The notes under the pieces: generated by a model | The model's input: the letters and a program-made list of their open reading frames with translations, nothing else | Database searches by the model: none | What the model was told of the DNA's origin: nothing | Made by a program: the position numbers and the translations under genes | From: an uncultured Verrucomicrobiae bacterium | GTDB taxonomy: Bacteria; Verrucomicrobiota; Verrucomicrobiia; Chthoniobacterales; UBA10450 | NCBI GenBank assembly: GCA_963801815.1 | Contig: CAWDGJ010000003.1 | Coordinates: 640,001 to 704,000 of the forward strand | Direction of reading: 5' to 3' | Length of the DNA: 64,000 nucleotides | Part shown: piece after piece, positions 43,977-55,462 of the stretch | Position numbering within the stretch: position 1 is the stretch's first letter | How the letters are laid out: the number at the start of each line of letters is the position of its first letter

Positions 43977-44351
43977 ACGGCGCCGGATTTCGTAACCGGC
44001 GAATGCGCCGATAATTCCGCCAATACCGCCCAGAATCGCGCCGATAGAAATGAGTTGGCTAGTCGCAGCGCAGATGCAGGCGCCGCAAAAAGCGCCCGTG
44101 AGAATGCGGGCCGCGAGTGGGACAGGCGCTGTTCGCTTCGGCGTTGAAGGTCGCAGATCGCCGACTAGTTCGAAAACGGCCAGGATCGAGAAAATTATCA
44201 CGGCGGTTGTCGATCCCATGAAGGCGAATGCAGAGTCTTTGAGGTTCAGCCAGCCGAGATGCGCAGCCCATGCTACAACCGCGGGTGGCGAAAGGGCACG
44301 CAAACCTGCGGTAAAGCCGATGCCAAGCGCGAAAGCGAAAATGTAATTCAT
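43884..44351 (-). CDS. DUF4126-like membrane protein
   Basis: GFTAGLRALSPP, ELVGDLRPSTPKRT, ALLEDLVAI. Confidence 0.75.
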   Translation of the reverse strand: MNYIFAFALGIGFTAGLRALSPPAVVAWAAHLGWLNLKDSAFAFMGSTTAVIIFSILAVFELVGDLRPSTPKRTAPVPLAARILTGAFCGACICAATSQLISIGAILGGIGGIIGAFAGYEIRRRLVSALNIKDIFIALLEDLVAIGLACFFVIR

Positions 44352-44429
44352 TGAGATGTCGATCTTTAACAGATCGACCACTGATCGGAAAACCGAAAAA
44401 CAAGGGCGTAGTCGCGGACACAATTTTGC

Positions 44430-44555
44430 TATCGCAAAGACGTGCCGAATGCCGAAGTTCACGTGCTCGATGCCGGACATTTCGCACTCGACACTAAAGC
44501 AGACGACATCGCGGCACTCGTTAGGGCGTTCATGAATAAAAGCGGCGCGCAGTAG
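44430..44555 (+). pseudogene. Orphan 3' end of an alpha/beta hydrolase
   Basis: Manual translation YRKDVPNAEVHVLDAGHFALDTKADDIAALVRAFMNKSGAQ*; no upstream body. Confidence 0.7.
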
Positions 44556-44693
44556 CGATCAACATCGTAAGGTGAGGCTTGACATTGCCCCCTGCGTCGA
44601 GCGACAAAGGAGCGCCGGATGAACACGGATTCGAGCGGGAGCGACCGGAAAGATGACATTAAAGGTCACCCGCAGGGCGAGGTTCGCGGGCAG

Positions 44694-46207
44694 ATGAACC
44701 CCGTCAAATTTTTCAAACGCCGTTTTGCCGGGGCCCCGGAGGGAGCAGCCGTGCTGTTCTTCATTCAGATCTTCGCGACGCTCGGCTTTGCTGTTCTTTA
44801 CTCGACGCTCGTCCTCTACGCGACGAAGCATCTGCAGCTTCCCGTGCGAACGGCCACCGCGTTGATGGGTGTGTTCGGCGCTTTCAACTACGGCCTGCAC
44901 CTTTTCGGCGGCTACCTCGGCGGCCGGTTCCTTTCAAATCGCAACCTGTTTGTCGGAGGCATGGCGTTGCAGGTGATCGGCTGCGCGTGCATCGCGACCG
45001 GCACGCTCGCGCTGTTCTACGTCGGGCTGGCTCTCTTTCTTACCGGCAGCGGTCTCAACGTCACCTGTATTAATATGATGCTGACGCAGCGGTTCACCCC
45101 GGAGGACCCGCGTCGCGAAGGAGCCTTCCTCTGGAATTACGCCGGTATGAATGTGGGCTTCTTCGTCGGGTTCAGCGTGGCCGGCCATTTCCAAGCCACC
45201 CAGAGTTATTCGAGCCTCTTTATCTTCGCGACGCTCGGCAATTTCGTCGCCATTATCCTCGCTTTGTTCAACTGGAAAACGTTGACCGATCGCAACACAC
45301 CTCTGCTTGATAAAACGTCGAAACAGTTTCGGCTGCGACAGCTCGTCGGCATCGGCATTCTCATCGGACTCGTGCCGGTCGTTTGGTTCATGCTTCAACG
45401 GCCCGGCGGCACCGAGACGATCCTCAAAGCGATCTGTGGCGCGGTCGCGCTTACCTTGATTTATCTCACTGTCCGCCACTCGGATCGTCGCGAACAGCGA
45501 AACATGACGGCCTACCTGATTCTGACTGTTGGCTCGCTGATGTTCTGGTCGCTCTACCAAATGGCGCCGAACGGTCTGATGTTGTTCGCGGTCAACAATG
45601 TTGATCTGATGGTCGGTCCCGTGAGGATTCAGCCGCAATGGATTCAGAACATCAACACCGTCTGCATCGTGCTCGGCGGCCCGCTGCTCGCGTCATTCTT
45701 CACCCGTATGCGCGCGCGCGGATGGAGAATCGACATACCGAAACAGTTCGCAGCGTCGCTCTTGTTGATGGCGGTTGCATTTCTTGATCTTGCCGGTTGG
45801 CATCAAGCTCGCTGGCGATGGGAAAAGCGCGTTCGCGTGGTTGTTTTGGAGTTATGTGCTCCAAAGCATCGGTGAGTTGCTCATCTCTCCGATCGGATAC
45901 GCGATGATCGGCAAACTCGCGCCTCGGCAGTACCAAGGCGTGATGATGGGCAGCTGGATGCTCTGGACCGGACTCGCGTCGCTCTTTGCCGGTGACTTTT
46001 CGGGAATGATTCCCGAAGCCGACCGGCACCACGGCGGCCGTCACGAATGCCGGTTACGAAAAACTTTTCACCGAGCTCGGCCTAGGCAGCCTCGCAGTCG
46101 GGATTGCGCTCGTCGTGCTGATTCCGTTTCTGCGCAAGCTGATCACTGACAAGGCCGAGACAACTCCCGACGAAATGCTGGCGGCGACGGTCGTTCCGGT
46201 TGCCTAA
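44694..46207 (+). CDS. POT/PTR oligopeptide:H+ symporter (MFS), frameshifts near 45785 and 46022
   Basis: FGGYLGGRFL, DPRREGAFLWNYAGMNVG, QNINT, IGELLISPIG. Confidence 0.85.
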
Positions 46208-46428
46208 CGGATTTAGAAGCAATCGAATTAGGAACGCAGGAAAAGAAGAAGATCCCTTTCCGGTATCCGGTTGGAGTTCACGCGCCGGGGCGGGCAATCC
46301 GCAATCGGCTGAAGTTTGTAAGAAAGGCTTCTAAGCTACGGCGTGACAGGCAGAGAAAAAGGCGAGGCGCTGAGAAGAAAGAGCTGAAACGGGGAAAACG
46401 GAAAACTGAAGCGCGGAACGATGCGCGC

Positions 46429-48577
46429 TTAGAGTCCGCTTGTCTTCAATTGGTCATCGGCGAGGCCCATGGTGTGGAGGAATGCGTTCCAGCGCGGGTC
46501 GTCGTGAAGGTTCGTTAGGAGCGGATCTTTATGCAAACCGGCCAGGCCGGGGTCGCGTTGCCGGCGCGCGCGCTCCAGCCATTCGAACGCCTTGTCCTTG
46601 TCCCCGCGATACGCGTAAACCTCGGCGATCTGGTACGCTGCCGTTTCGGCAAAATCTTTGGTCAACTGTGCTAGCGCAGCATCTGCCTCCGGAGTTCTTT
46701 TCTGGCCCCACCGCGCGCACGACACAATCAAGAGCCGCGCCCAATCGCCGGCGTCGGCCTGGGCCGCGGTTGCCGCCTCCTCAAATTTATTCTCCAATAA
46801 ATACGCTAAACCGAGACCGGCGTGCGCCCACGGCGCTGATGGATTCAATTCCAGCACCCGCGGGTATTCGGTACGCGCCTCGGCGAACCGTTTCGTCACT
46901 GCCAGGTTAAATGCGAGAAATCCCCGGGCTTGCGCATTCACCGGGTCCAACTCGACCGCTTTGCGATAGAGTTCGATTGCTCGATCCATGTTTCCAAGCG
47001 CGGTCTCGAGATTGCCGGCGGCGATGAGAATGTACGGATCGGCCGGAGCCAGTGCCAGCGCCTTGGTCACGGTTTGAGCCGCCGCGTTCCAGTTAAAATC
47101 GAAATTAGTCTCGATCGTCGCCCGGGCGAGCAAACCGGCAGGCAAATTCGGTTCAATCGAGAGGGCCCGCGCGATGGCTTCACGCGCGCTGGCTAAATGC
47201 GCATCGAATGTTTTTTGTCCGCCCTCAGTGGCAAATGCGGCCAGCCAGAGATTTGCGTCCGCGACGCCGGCCCAGGCCAGAGCAAACCCAGGATCCAGGG
47301 CGACGGCGTGTTCGTAAGCAGCCAGAGCTTCGCGCGCACTTTTTTCGGAGTGGCGATTCTCATAAAAGCGGCCTTGCAGATACAACTCGTGGGCCTCGAC
47401 ATTTTTCGTTGCGCCTTTTTCCGCCGCCTGCACTTCGGCTTGAATTTTTTCCTTCGCGGTTGAACCCGCGTCAGATCCGAATCGACTACGCAATTGTTCG
47501 ACGATCGTTTGGGCGAGTTCGGTTTGCACTGCAAACACGTCCTTCAGGTCACGGGTATAATTTTCCGACCAGAGTTCCTCGCCGGTGTCGGCGCGGGCCA
47601 GCCGGGCGGCGATCCGCACTGCTTCGCCGGATTTGCGCACGCTTCCGTCGACCAGATAGGCCACGCCGAGTTTCTGGCCAATTTCCTGAGCGGTGGCGTT
47701 TTTGCCTTTGAACGAGAACGCCGAGGTGCGCGCGGCCACGTGCATACCCGGAATTTTTTGAAGCACGGTTAAGAGTTCTTCACTGACGCCATCGGAGAAA
47801 TACTCGCTCCCCTTGTCGTCGCTCAGGTTAACGAACGGAAGGACGGCAACCGATTTTTGATCGGGCGCACTTGCGGGAGCAGTGGGCGCACTTTGAGCCA
47901 GACTGCCGGTTCTTGCTCGAGCGTTGCATCCACCACCAGCCAGCGAGCAACCCTATTATTATGAGAGCCGCGACCGGAACCAGGAGAGGGGATTTCTTTG
48001 AAGCTCGCGGCGGGGAGGATTGAGCTTTACCGCCGGTCTCCCACGGCAGGACGATCCGGAAAAGTTCCATCGGCAATTTGATGTTCTTCAAGTCCGCCGA
48101 CCCAAACTTTTCAAATCGCGCCTCGAGCGCGTTGCGAATTTGCCGCTCCACATCCATCGAGACGCAAATCCCGCCCGCGCCGGCCAGCGCTTCGATGCGC
48201 GATGCGATATTCACTCCGTCGCCGTAGACATCGCCGTCGCGATGCACCACGTCGCCGATATGAATACCGATCTTGAGTTCGATCCGGCGGTCGGACGTAA
48301 CGTCGTGATTGCGTTTGGCAAGGGTGCGCTGAATTTCGATCGCGCATTGGGCCGCTTCCAGCGCGCTCCCGAATTCGACCAGAAATGCATCACCGATGGT
48401 CTTAATTTCGGTGCCGTGAAATCTTGGAAAAATTTCGCGCAACAACCGACGATGTTCCTCCAATAGTTCCTGAGCGAGCTTGTCGTCGCGCTGGCTCAGT
48501 GCGCTGTAGCCGACCATGTCGGTAAACATAATGGCGGCGAGCTTGCGCTCCTCGGTCGATTCGGTCGGCATCGTCAT
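46429..48577 (-). CDS. Class III adenylate/guanylate cyclase-TolB-like-TPR protein, frameshift near 47890
   Basis: RKLAAIMFTDMVGYS, KTIGDA, GDGVNIASRIE; SVAVLPFVNLS, ARTSAFSFKG; TPR repeats. Confidence 0.9.
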
Positions 48578-48707
48578 TCTTTAATGACTATCGCAGTAAA
48601 TGACAATGCCGGAGCTGAAAGCCAAAGCAGAAAACGGAAACGCTAAAACGCGGCTTGTGAGCCCCGGACTGATTGACAGCCAATCTGGCAGCCATATGAT
48701 CGGCGCC

Positions 48708-49282
48708 GTGCCGGAAGAAAAACCGATGCGAGGCGCGAGCCGAACGATGTAGTGATCGCGACTATTGTTGGGTTCCTGGCTCTGTGCGTTTCCGGTTACA
48801 CCGCCTACATGCAACGTCAGCAAGTCCGCGCCGCGGTGTGGCCAATCCTCGAATTCGACACCAGCAACGGCCCGATTCAATTCACCCTGGCCAACAAAGG
48901 CGTGGGACCGGCGATCATTAAACATGTGATCCTAAAGGTGGACGATCAGCCGGTGAGGAATTGGTATGAGGCGCTCGATAAAATTCTTGGACCCGGCTAC
49001 CATCCAGGTGAAGAGGCTGACATGACCGGCCATGTGTTTTCCCCTGGTGAATCAAGGAAGGTATTTACTCCGCACGACGACGCGAATCAGCCGATTAATT
49101 TCGACAAATCGAATCCGCTTTGGGTAAAATTGAATGCCGATCGCGCCCGAGTAACGGTCGAGATCTGTTACTGCTTCACCCTCGACGAATACTGGACCTT
49201 GCGTGCCGGCGGCAAGACCCCAAGCATGACGACGCCCACTGAGCATTGTCCGGCTCCGTCGGCCGATAGCTTTCAGCAGTAG
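48708..49282 (+). CDS. Hypothetical membrane-anchored protein (probable frameshift near the start)
   Basis: N-terminal TM, AAVWP, NKGVGPAII, CYC motif. Confidence 0.65.
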
Positions 49283-49331
49283 CATTCAAGAAGAGGTTGA
49301 TGGTTGAGAGTTGAGAGTTGATAGAAAAAGC

Positions 49332-49727
49332 ATGCAGGTAAAGCGGTCGGGCAGCCAATCTTCTAGCAAAGGTCCTGCGGAGTGGTTCACGGGAAATGTT
49401 AGAATCAATCCGTTATTTGAAGCGCCAGACCCGGCACGCGTTCGCGGCGCGAGCGTGACTTTCGAGCCGGGTGCGCGCACCGCCTGGCACACGCATCCGT
49501 TAGGCCAGACGTTAATCGTTACTTCAGGTTTGGGCTGGGCGCAGCGCGAAGGCGGTCCGATCGAAGAAATTTGTCCGGGTGACGTCGTTTGGTTTGGGCC
49601 TAACGAAAAACACTGGCATGGAGCAACGCCCACGACCGCGATGACACATATTGCCATTCAGGAAGCATTGGATGGGAAGGTCGTTGAATGGATGGAGCAC
49701 GTCAGTGATCAGCAGTACAGAAAGTAA
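49332..49727 (+). CDS. Cupin domain protein
   Basis: [35 protein letters not shown]. Confidence 0.92.
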   Translation: MQVKRSGSQSSSKGPAEWFTGNVRINPLFEAPDPARVRGASVTFEPGARTAWHTHPLGQTLIVTSGLGWAQREGGPIEEICPGDVVWFGPNEKHWHGATPTTAMTHIAIQEALDGKVVEWMEHVSDQQYRK

Positions 49728-49768
49728 GAAGGAAAACTTAAGAATTAAGAAGTTCCGAGGAGTGCCCT

Positions 49769-50560
49769 TCAATCGATTAAGTCTACTGGATCGCCTTTGC
49801 GAATCGTTCCCTGGATGAGGACAGCGGCGTAAACGCCGGCCATGCCTTCGTGCGATTGGACCACGGTCTTCAATATCGCCGGCGTTTTCTCCGCCGTATC
49901 GGGGTCTAGTGTGATCATCACACAGCGTCCATCGCGGTGGAGAACCTGGACGATAACTTTTGATCCAATGCGAAGAGATTTGCCAACAAACGCGTCCTCA
50001 GCAAAACCGTCCGCTGAATTCAGGTCGAGATAAACGTTGGCGCGGAACCGCCGTTTATCCACGTCGGCGCCGGTTTCATCACCGATTTGTTTTGCCGTTT
50101 GAATGGCGAAAATCGACAAGGGACGACAATCGGTCATTGCCTTGTCCGACCGAAGCAGCGTGAGCCCGTGGTTCGTGTCGGTGTTTGTCTGTAGATGCTC
50201 GATCAACCGAGGATCATCGATCGCGAAGCTTTTTCCATCCGGCGTTTCGACGTCGACCATCAGATTGGCGGCAGTGGCCGAGACCGGGTTCACATTCGGC
50301 GAGCGTTTGATCGCTTCCGCGAGATTGACCGGTCGCGCGGCCTTGTCCGGATACCGAAAGCGCGGCCGATATCGAATTATCTGGCGATAGTCGCGCCCGG
50401 TGAAAAACGGGAACCCTTTTTCGTTCGCGGAACTTTCAAAAGCGAAAAGGCGATCGCCATAAACTCCCCCGTAGCCGGCAAACAATTCGTCGAGCTCTTC
50501 GCCGCGCATGCTTTTCACCGGATAACGCCAGAGGCTTTCCACTTTACCAACGATTGCCAT
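49769..50560 (-). CDS. MOSC domain protein
   Basis: LWRYPVKSMRGE, RRFRAN, RCVMIT, GTIRKGD. Confidence 0.92.
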   Translation of the reverse strand: MAIVGKVESLWRYPVKSMRGEELDELFAGYGGVYGDRLFAFESSANEKGFPFFTGRDYRQIIRYRPRFRYPDKAARPVNLAEAIKRSPNVNPVSATAANLMVDVETPDGKSFAIDDPRLIEHLQTNTDTNHGLTLLRSDKAMTDCRPLSIFAIQTAKQIGDETGADVDKRRFRANVYLDLNSADGFAEDAFVGKSLRIGSKVIVQVLHRDGRCVMITLDPDTAEKTPAILKTVVQSHEGMAGVYAAVLIQGTIRKGDPVDLID

Positions 50561-50681
50561 CGCAATCTAAGAGACCAATCATCCGGGACCGCTGACAAGC
50601 ACAATTACTTCGACCGGAAAGAAATCCTTCGTGATCTGGTGTGCTTCATGGTTAGATCCAGTTCCAAGCTCACCCCAATTC

Positions 50682-53027
50682 ATGAACCACGAGCGTCCGG
50701 TGATTGATCCGAGAAATCCGCCTAACGAAATGCCGGACATCGTTGGTGCGAAACCGACAGAGTCGCATCGCAGGCCGTTTCGTCCGTTTATTTTGGCTGC
50801 GACTCGAATGCGTGAGTTGACGCCGGTGCCGCTGATTGTCGGCACGATTCTCGGCATGATCTTCGGTGCATCATCGCTCTACCTTGTCTTGAAGGTCGGA
50901 CTGACAGTGAGTGCTTCGATTCCGGTGGCAGTCATCTCGATCACACTCTTCCGGCTGCTTTCGAAATTCGGTATGCGTGACGCGACGATTCTCGAAAACA
51001 ACATCGTGCAAACTGCCGGTTCGGCGGGTGAATCAATTGCTTTCGGCCTGGGCGTGACCATGCCCGCGATCCTGATTCTCGGATTCGATCTTGAAATCAC
51101 GCGTGTGCTGCTGGTCGGGGTGCTCGGCGGATTGTTGGGCATTCTGATGATGATTCCGTTGCGCCGGGCGTTGATTGTCGATCAACATGGTCTTCTCAAG
51201 TATCCGGAAGGGACTGCCTGTGCTGAGGTGCTCAAGGCTGCCGCTTCCCGCGACGGAATGGAAGCGAAGCGCGAAGACGAGGCGGTCACAGGCGGTCGAA
51301 CGATTTTCACAGGATTTGGAATCGGATTCATGTATCAGGCCGCGATGAATGCTTTCGATGCCTGGAAGAATACGCCCGAAAAAATCTTCGGAGCGCCATT
51401 CAAAGCGGGATCCATTTCGATGACGATTGAGCCCGCGTTGTTAGGCGTTGGTTATATCATTGGACCGAGGATCGCTTCGATCATGTGCGCAGGCGGTGTG
51501 CTCTCCTATCTGGTGTTGATTCCGGCGATTAAATTTTTTGGCGAAAGCTCAGTCGCGATCATTCCGCCCGGCACCACGCCGATTGCCGGAATGTCGCCGG
51601 ACGACATTCGCGAAGCCTACGTCCTTTACATCGGCGCGGGTGCGGTCGCAGCCGGAGGAATCATCAGCATGGTTCGCTCGTTCCCGCTCATCTGGCACGG
51701 GATCAAGAGCGGGCTGGCCGATCTTCGCGGTACACGACATCGAGACAACGCGGCGCCGCGCACTGAACAAGATTTGTCGATGAGATTTGTGATTGGCGGC
51801 GTAATCGCACTCCTCGTCCTGATTATGGCGGCGCCGCAACTTCATCTGCAATGGAACCTGTTCGGCGCTTTTCTGATCGTTGTGATCGGTTTTCTCTTTA
51901 CTACTGTGTCATCGCACCTGACCGGTGAGCTCGGTTCATCCTCATGTCCGACTTCTGGAATGACGGTGGCAACATTGCTGCTGACATGTCTGGCGTTTCT
52001 GCTAGTCGGCTGGACTGGGCCGCAATACTTCGTCACCGCGCTCTCGATCGGCGGAATTGTCTGCATCGCTTCCTCGAATGGCGGCACCATCTCGCAGGAC
52101 TTGAAGACCGGTTTCCTCATCGGCTCGACCCCGAAGTCTCAACAAATCGCGATTCTCTGCGGCACTCTCGCCTCGGCGGTCGTGCTGGGCCCGATTCTGC
52201 TGAAGTTGAACGATGCCTACACGGTTTATGTTCCAGCGGCGCAACTTGATTCCGCCACAGCCGGGTTCCATGCTCCGCCTAACGAATTCGGAGTCACGGA
52301 AAAATTAACCGGCCCACAGGGCGTGGAGGACCAAAACAGTTACCACGTTTGGAACCGCCTCGATCCTTCCGGCGGGCCCGCGCAACGTTTTCTGGTGAAG
52401 AACGACGGTAGGGTTGCCTATCTGGTCGACCCGGGAATTAACGGCACCCACAAAACGCGGCCAGACGGCAGCTCGGTGGAAAAATTCGACGCGCCGAAGG
52501 CAACGCTGATGTCGTACATTATTAAAGGGATTCTCAGCCACAAATTGCCGTGGGCCCTGGTGTTGTTAGGCGTAACGATCGCAATCAGCCTCGAGCTGAG
52601 CGGAATCCCGTCGCTTGCGTTTGCGGTTGGTGTTTATTTGCCGCTGGCGTCATCGACTCCCATCTTCGTCGGCGGAATGGTGCGGTGGCTGGTCGATCGT
52701 TGGTTGCGCCGCACCAAATTTCATGGCCACTCCTTGACCGAGGAAGAATTGGTCGCGGAAGGCGACAAGAGTCCGGGCGTATTGCTTGCGTCGGGTTACA
52801 TCGCAGGCGGCGCGCTCGCGGGCATCATCATTGCATTCATGGCTGGCGTTCCGAGTCTCATTGGCTTCAGCAAACGACTCGAAGCGTGGTCAACCGCGAA
52901 TAATCCATTGTTTGGCGGAGCAAACGCTGACTTCCTTGCGCTCCTTCCGTTCACTGGCCTGTGCGTCCTGCTTTATTTTGTGGGACGCGACGCGGTTCTC
53001 GTCAATCGCCAACGACGTCGTATCTAA
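50682..53027 (+). CDS. OPT family oligopeptide transporter
   Basis: LKVGLTVSASIP, ILENNIVQT, YPEGTACAEVL, SQDLKTG, APKATLM. Confidence 0.93.
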   Translation: MNHERPVIDPRNPPNEMPDIVGAKPTESHRRPFRPFILAATRMRELTPVPLIVGTILGMIFGASSLYLVLKVGLTVSASIPVAVISITLFRLLSKFGMRDATILENNIVQTAGSAGESIAFGLGVTMPAILILGFDLEITRVLLVGVLGGLLGILMMIPLRRALIVDQHGLLKYPEGTACAEVLKAAASRDGMEAKREDEAVTGGRTIFTGFGIGFMYQAAMNAFDAWKNTPEKIFGAPFKAGSISMTIEPALLGVGYIIGPRIASIMCAGGVLSYLVLIPAIKFFGESSVAIIPPGTTPIAGMSPDDIREAYVLYIGAGAVAAGGIISMVRSFPLIWHGIKSGLADLRGTRHRDNAAPRTEQDLSMRFVIGGVIALLVLIMAAPQLHLQWNLFGAFLIVVIGFLFTTVSSHLTGELGSSSCPTSGMTVATLLLTCLAFLLVGWTGPQYFVTALSIGGIVCIASSNGGTISQDLKTGFLIGSTPKSQQIAILCGTLASAVVLGPILLKLNDAYTVYVPAAQLDSATAGFHAPPNEFGVTEKLTGPQGVEDQNSYHVWNRLDPSGGPAQRFLVKNDGRVAYLVDPGINGTHKTRPDGSSVEKFDAPKATLMSYIIKGILSHKLPWALVLLGVTIAISLELSGIPSLAFAVGVYLPLASSTPIFVGGMVRWLVDRWLRRTKFHGHSLTEEELVAEGDKSPGVLLASGYIAGGALAGIIIAFMAGVPSLIGFSKRLEAWSTANNPLFGGANADFLALLPFTGLCVLLYFVGRDAVLVNRQRRRI

Positions 53028-53052
53028 ACATTAAGAATTCTCACCGCTGAGG

Positions 53053-53616
53053 TCACGGAGCCCGTTCAGAAGAAATGCTAGCGGGTTGATAGATATGATC
53101 GCTCTCGACGTCGAAGACGCGGTTCCAGCGCGCACGGTAATTCTCAAAAGCAATCTGCGCGCTTAGTTGCATCAACTGTTCTTCCGAGAATTGTTTGCGC
53201 AGGCGTGCGTAGAGATCGTCGGAAATATTTGCTGGCGCGGTCACCATTGCGTCCGCCAATTCGATCACGAGGCGCTCGACCTCATTGAAGATGGACAGGT
53301 CGTCGCCCAAGACGGCGCGAAGCTTCTCATCGGTCAAACCGGCCTTTCTGCCCACGGCAGAATTAATATCTATTCAGAATGGACAACCGATCCGTGCGGC
53401 GGTGCGGACTTTGCCGAGCTGAAAGTAGCGCAATGAAACCAACCGTTTCCAGCCGAGAGCCGCCTCCATGGCAATGCCGCCCCAGACAATTCCAGGCACG
53501 CGCATCTGAATCTTTGCCGGGGTAAACTCTTTGCCGAACATTTTTCGCATGACTCCGTAGAACCAGCGCAGGTGCCACGGCGCCTGTTTTCTCTCGAGTC
53601 CTTTAATCCTGGCCAT
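53053..53616 (-). CDS. Carboxymuconolactone decarboxylase/AhpD-family selenoprotein (CxxU)
   Basis: ORFs 53374..53616 and 53053..53355 share one frame and are separated only by TGA: ...AARIGCPF-U-IDINSAVGRKAGL...; 187 aa; IAFENYRARWN tail. Confidence 0.85.
53346..53362 (-). promoter_or_regulatory. Candidate bacterial SECIS hairpin
   Basis: UUCUGCC-GUG-GGCAGAA, 17 nt, starting 11 nt after the UGA. Confidence 0.65.
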
Positions 53617-53707
53617 GTGTCACTCCCCGATAAAGTATCGCGTTGTGAATCAATAATGGTCGCTAGAAACAGGTGTTGAGGAGCTGAGAGGTTGAGAAGT
53701 TGAGACG

Positions 53708-54421
53708 TTAACGCAAAATATGGCTCGCAACGATTCCGCTGACGGAATCCTGCAACGCGTGTGCAATCATGCCCGGTCGCAGACTTTTCCTCCAATGCGC
53801 CAGGAGGCCGAGCATGATCGCTAACACAGCAATCAGCACCACATATCTCCACCCTTGATATGCGTGACCGAGCGCGAAGACGACAGCCTGTAGAGTAATT
53901 CCGCCGACGAAGTTTTGTGTCAGCGCAGAGAACTGGCGTTGCAGATAGCCACGATAGATCAGTTCCTCGCAAAAGCCGGCCGTCAAACATGTCGCCAAAT
54001 AAAACGCGACTTCAACCGGCCCGTGCGGAAGCAGATTGCGGATCGCCTGGTTCGGACTGGCTTTGACGAAATGATTAAGGCCAGTCGTCACGGTGCCCAC
54101 GACGATGAGAAACGCGATCGCGATCAGAAGATCGCGGAGAATCTGAACCGGCCTCGCCCACCTGCCGCCCACCAGATCCGCGATTCGGACGTTTCGTTGC
54201 TGGACGCCGAACCAAATGAACGCGACCACCGCCCATTCGAAGATAATGACGGCGATATACGCGACTGCGCGGCCAATATTCGGACTGAGTGGACTCAGAC
54301 TTCCGGCGCGAGCACTGGCAAATGAAAACCCGAACAGAATAAGCAGCAGAAGAACGGTATGCCACGCGGGCGCGATCGCGCCTCGTTGGAGTGAATCATC
54401 ACCGGTCAAATTAGAAGTCAT
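53708..54421 (-). CDS. CPBP/Abi (CAAX protease-like) intramembrane metalloprotease
   Basis: EELIYRGY, FALGHAYQG, MIAHALQD. Confidence 0.92.
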   Translation of the reverse strand: MTSNLTGDDSLQRGAIAPAWHTVLLLLILFGFSFASARAGSLSPLSPNIGRAVAYIAVIIFEWAVVAFIWFGVQQRNVRIADLVGGRWARPVQILRDLLIAIAFLIVVGTVTTGLNHFVKASPNQAIRNLLPHGPVEVAFYLATCLTAGFCEELIYRGYLQRQFSALTQNFVGGITLQAVVFALGHAYQGWRYVVLIAVLAIMLGLLAHWRKSLRPGMIAHALQDSVSGIVASHILR

Positions 54422-54454
54422 GGTCTCAAAATGGAAACACCGAACGCAACCGCG

Positions 54455-55432
54455 TTAGATGCCGTCATGGACTAGTTTGGTGAAGACGTCGCCGGTGATA
54501 AACGAGGTCGCCCATTTTGCGTCGTAGGCGGCGGTCGGCTTTGCGGCAATGATTTCGTCGAGCGATTTGCCTTCCTTCTTCAACGCGACAACGCGGTCGC
54601 GAATTGTAACCAGCATGTCGCGATATTCCGTCAGGTCCGGTTTGCCACCAATCTTGCCGTGTCCGGGGATGACGATGGTTTTCTCTCCGGCCTTGGCGAG
54701 GTTCCACTCGGCGGCCTTGATCATGCCGTTGATATGTCCGCCGGTGGAGTAATCGATGAACGGGTAGTGGCCGTTCCACCAGGTATCGCCGCAGTGAAGG
54801 ACATCGGGTTCGACAAAGTAGGCGGAGATGTCGCCATCGGTATGACTCGGCCCGTAGTAAGCGAGGACGATGGCGGTACTATTAAGATGAAGCGTTTTCT
54901 CCTTATCGAAGACTTCGGCGGGAATCGCCCCGGCGGGGGACGGCGGAAATGTGTAATTCCAAGCTTCTACCCGCGTAGTGGTGGAAAGATGTTTCCGAGT
55001 ATTCTCGTGGGCCAGAACCGCGGCGCCGTCCGCGTGCATCCATTCGTTGCCGTCGGTGTGGTCGAAATGCCAATGCGTATTCACCAGATGCCTGATCGGC
55101 CCGGGACTGATGCCCGCCAGAGCCTCGGTGATCTTCGGACGCGAAGTAGCATAACCGGAATCAACGATGAACTTGCCCTCCGCGCCGGCCAGAACGGCAA
55201 TGTTTCCACCCGAACCGATCAGAGCAGTGACGTTGCCGCGCAAGGTTTGGGCGGTAATCGCGGCGGTCTCGGCGTGTTTACGTGCCGTGGCGACGATATT
55301 TTCCTCTTCGGCGAAGAGCGCACGGGGAGAAATCCAGGTCGCAGTTGTCAGAATCCCGGCTGATACGATGAAGCGCCGGCGAGAAACGGGAGTGACTTGC
55401 AGCGAGTCGGTGACGAGTTTAGGCAGGCGCAT
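54455..55432 (-). CDS. MBL-fold metallo-hydrolase, Tat-exported
   Basis: SRRRFI; NTHWHFDHTDGN, HTDGD, IPGHG. Confidence 0.92.
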   Translation of the reverse strand: MRLPKLVTDSLQVTPVSRRRFIVSAGILTTATWISPRALFAEEENIVATARKHAETAAITAQTLRGNVTALIGSGGNIAVLAGAEGKFIVDSGYATSRPKITEALAGISPGPIRHLVNTHWHFDHTDGNEWMHADGAAVLAHENTRKHLSTTTRVEAWNYTFPPSPAGAIPAEVFDKEKTLHLNSTAIVLAYYGPSHTDGDISAYFVEPDVLHCGDTWWNGHYPFIDYSTGGHINGMIKAAEWNLAKAGEKTIVIPGHGKIGGKPDLTEYRDMLVTIRDRVVALKKEGKSLDEIIAAKPTAAYDAKWATSFITGDVFTKLVHDGI

Positions 55433-55462
55433 ATAAATAGTGTAGAGCCTAAACCACAACGC

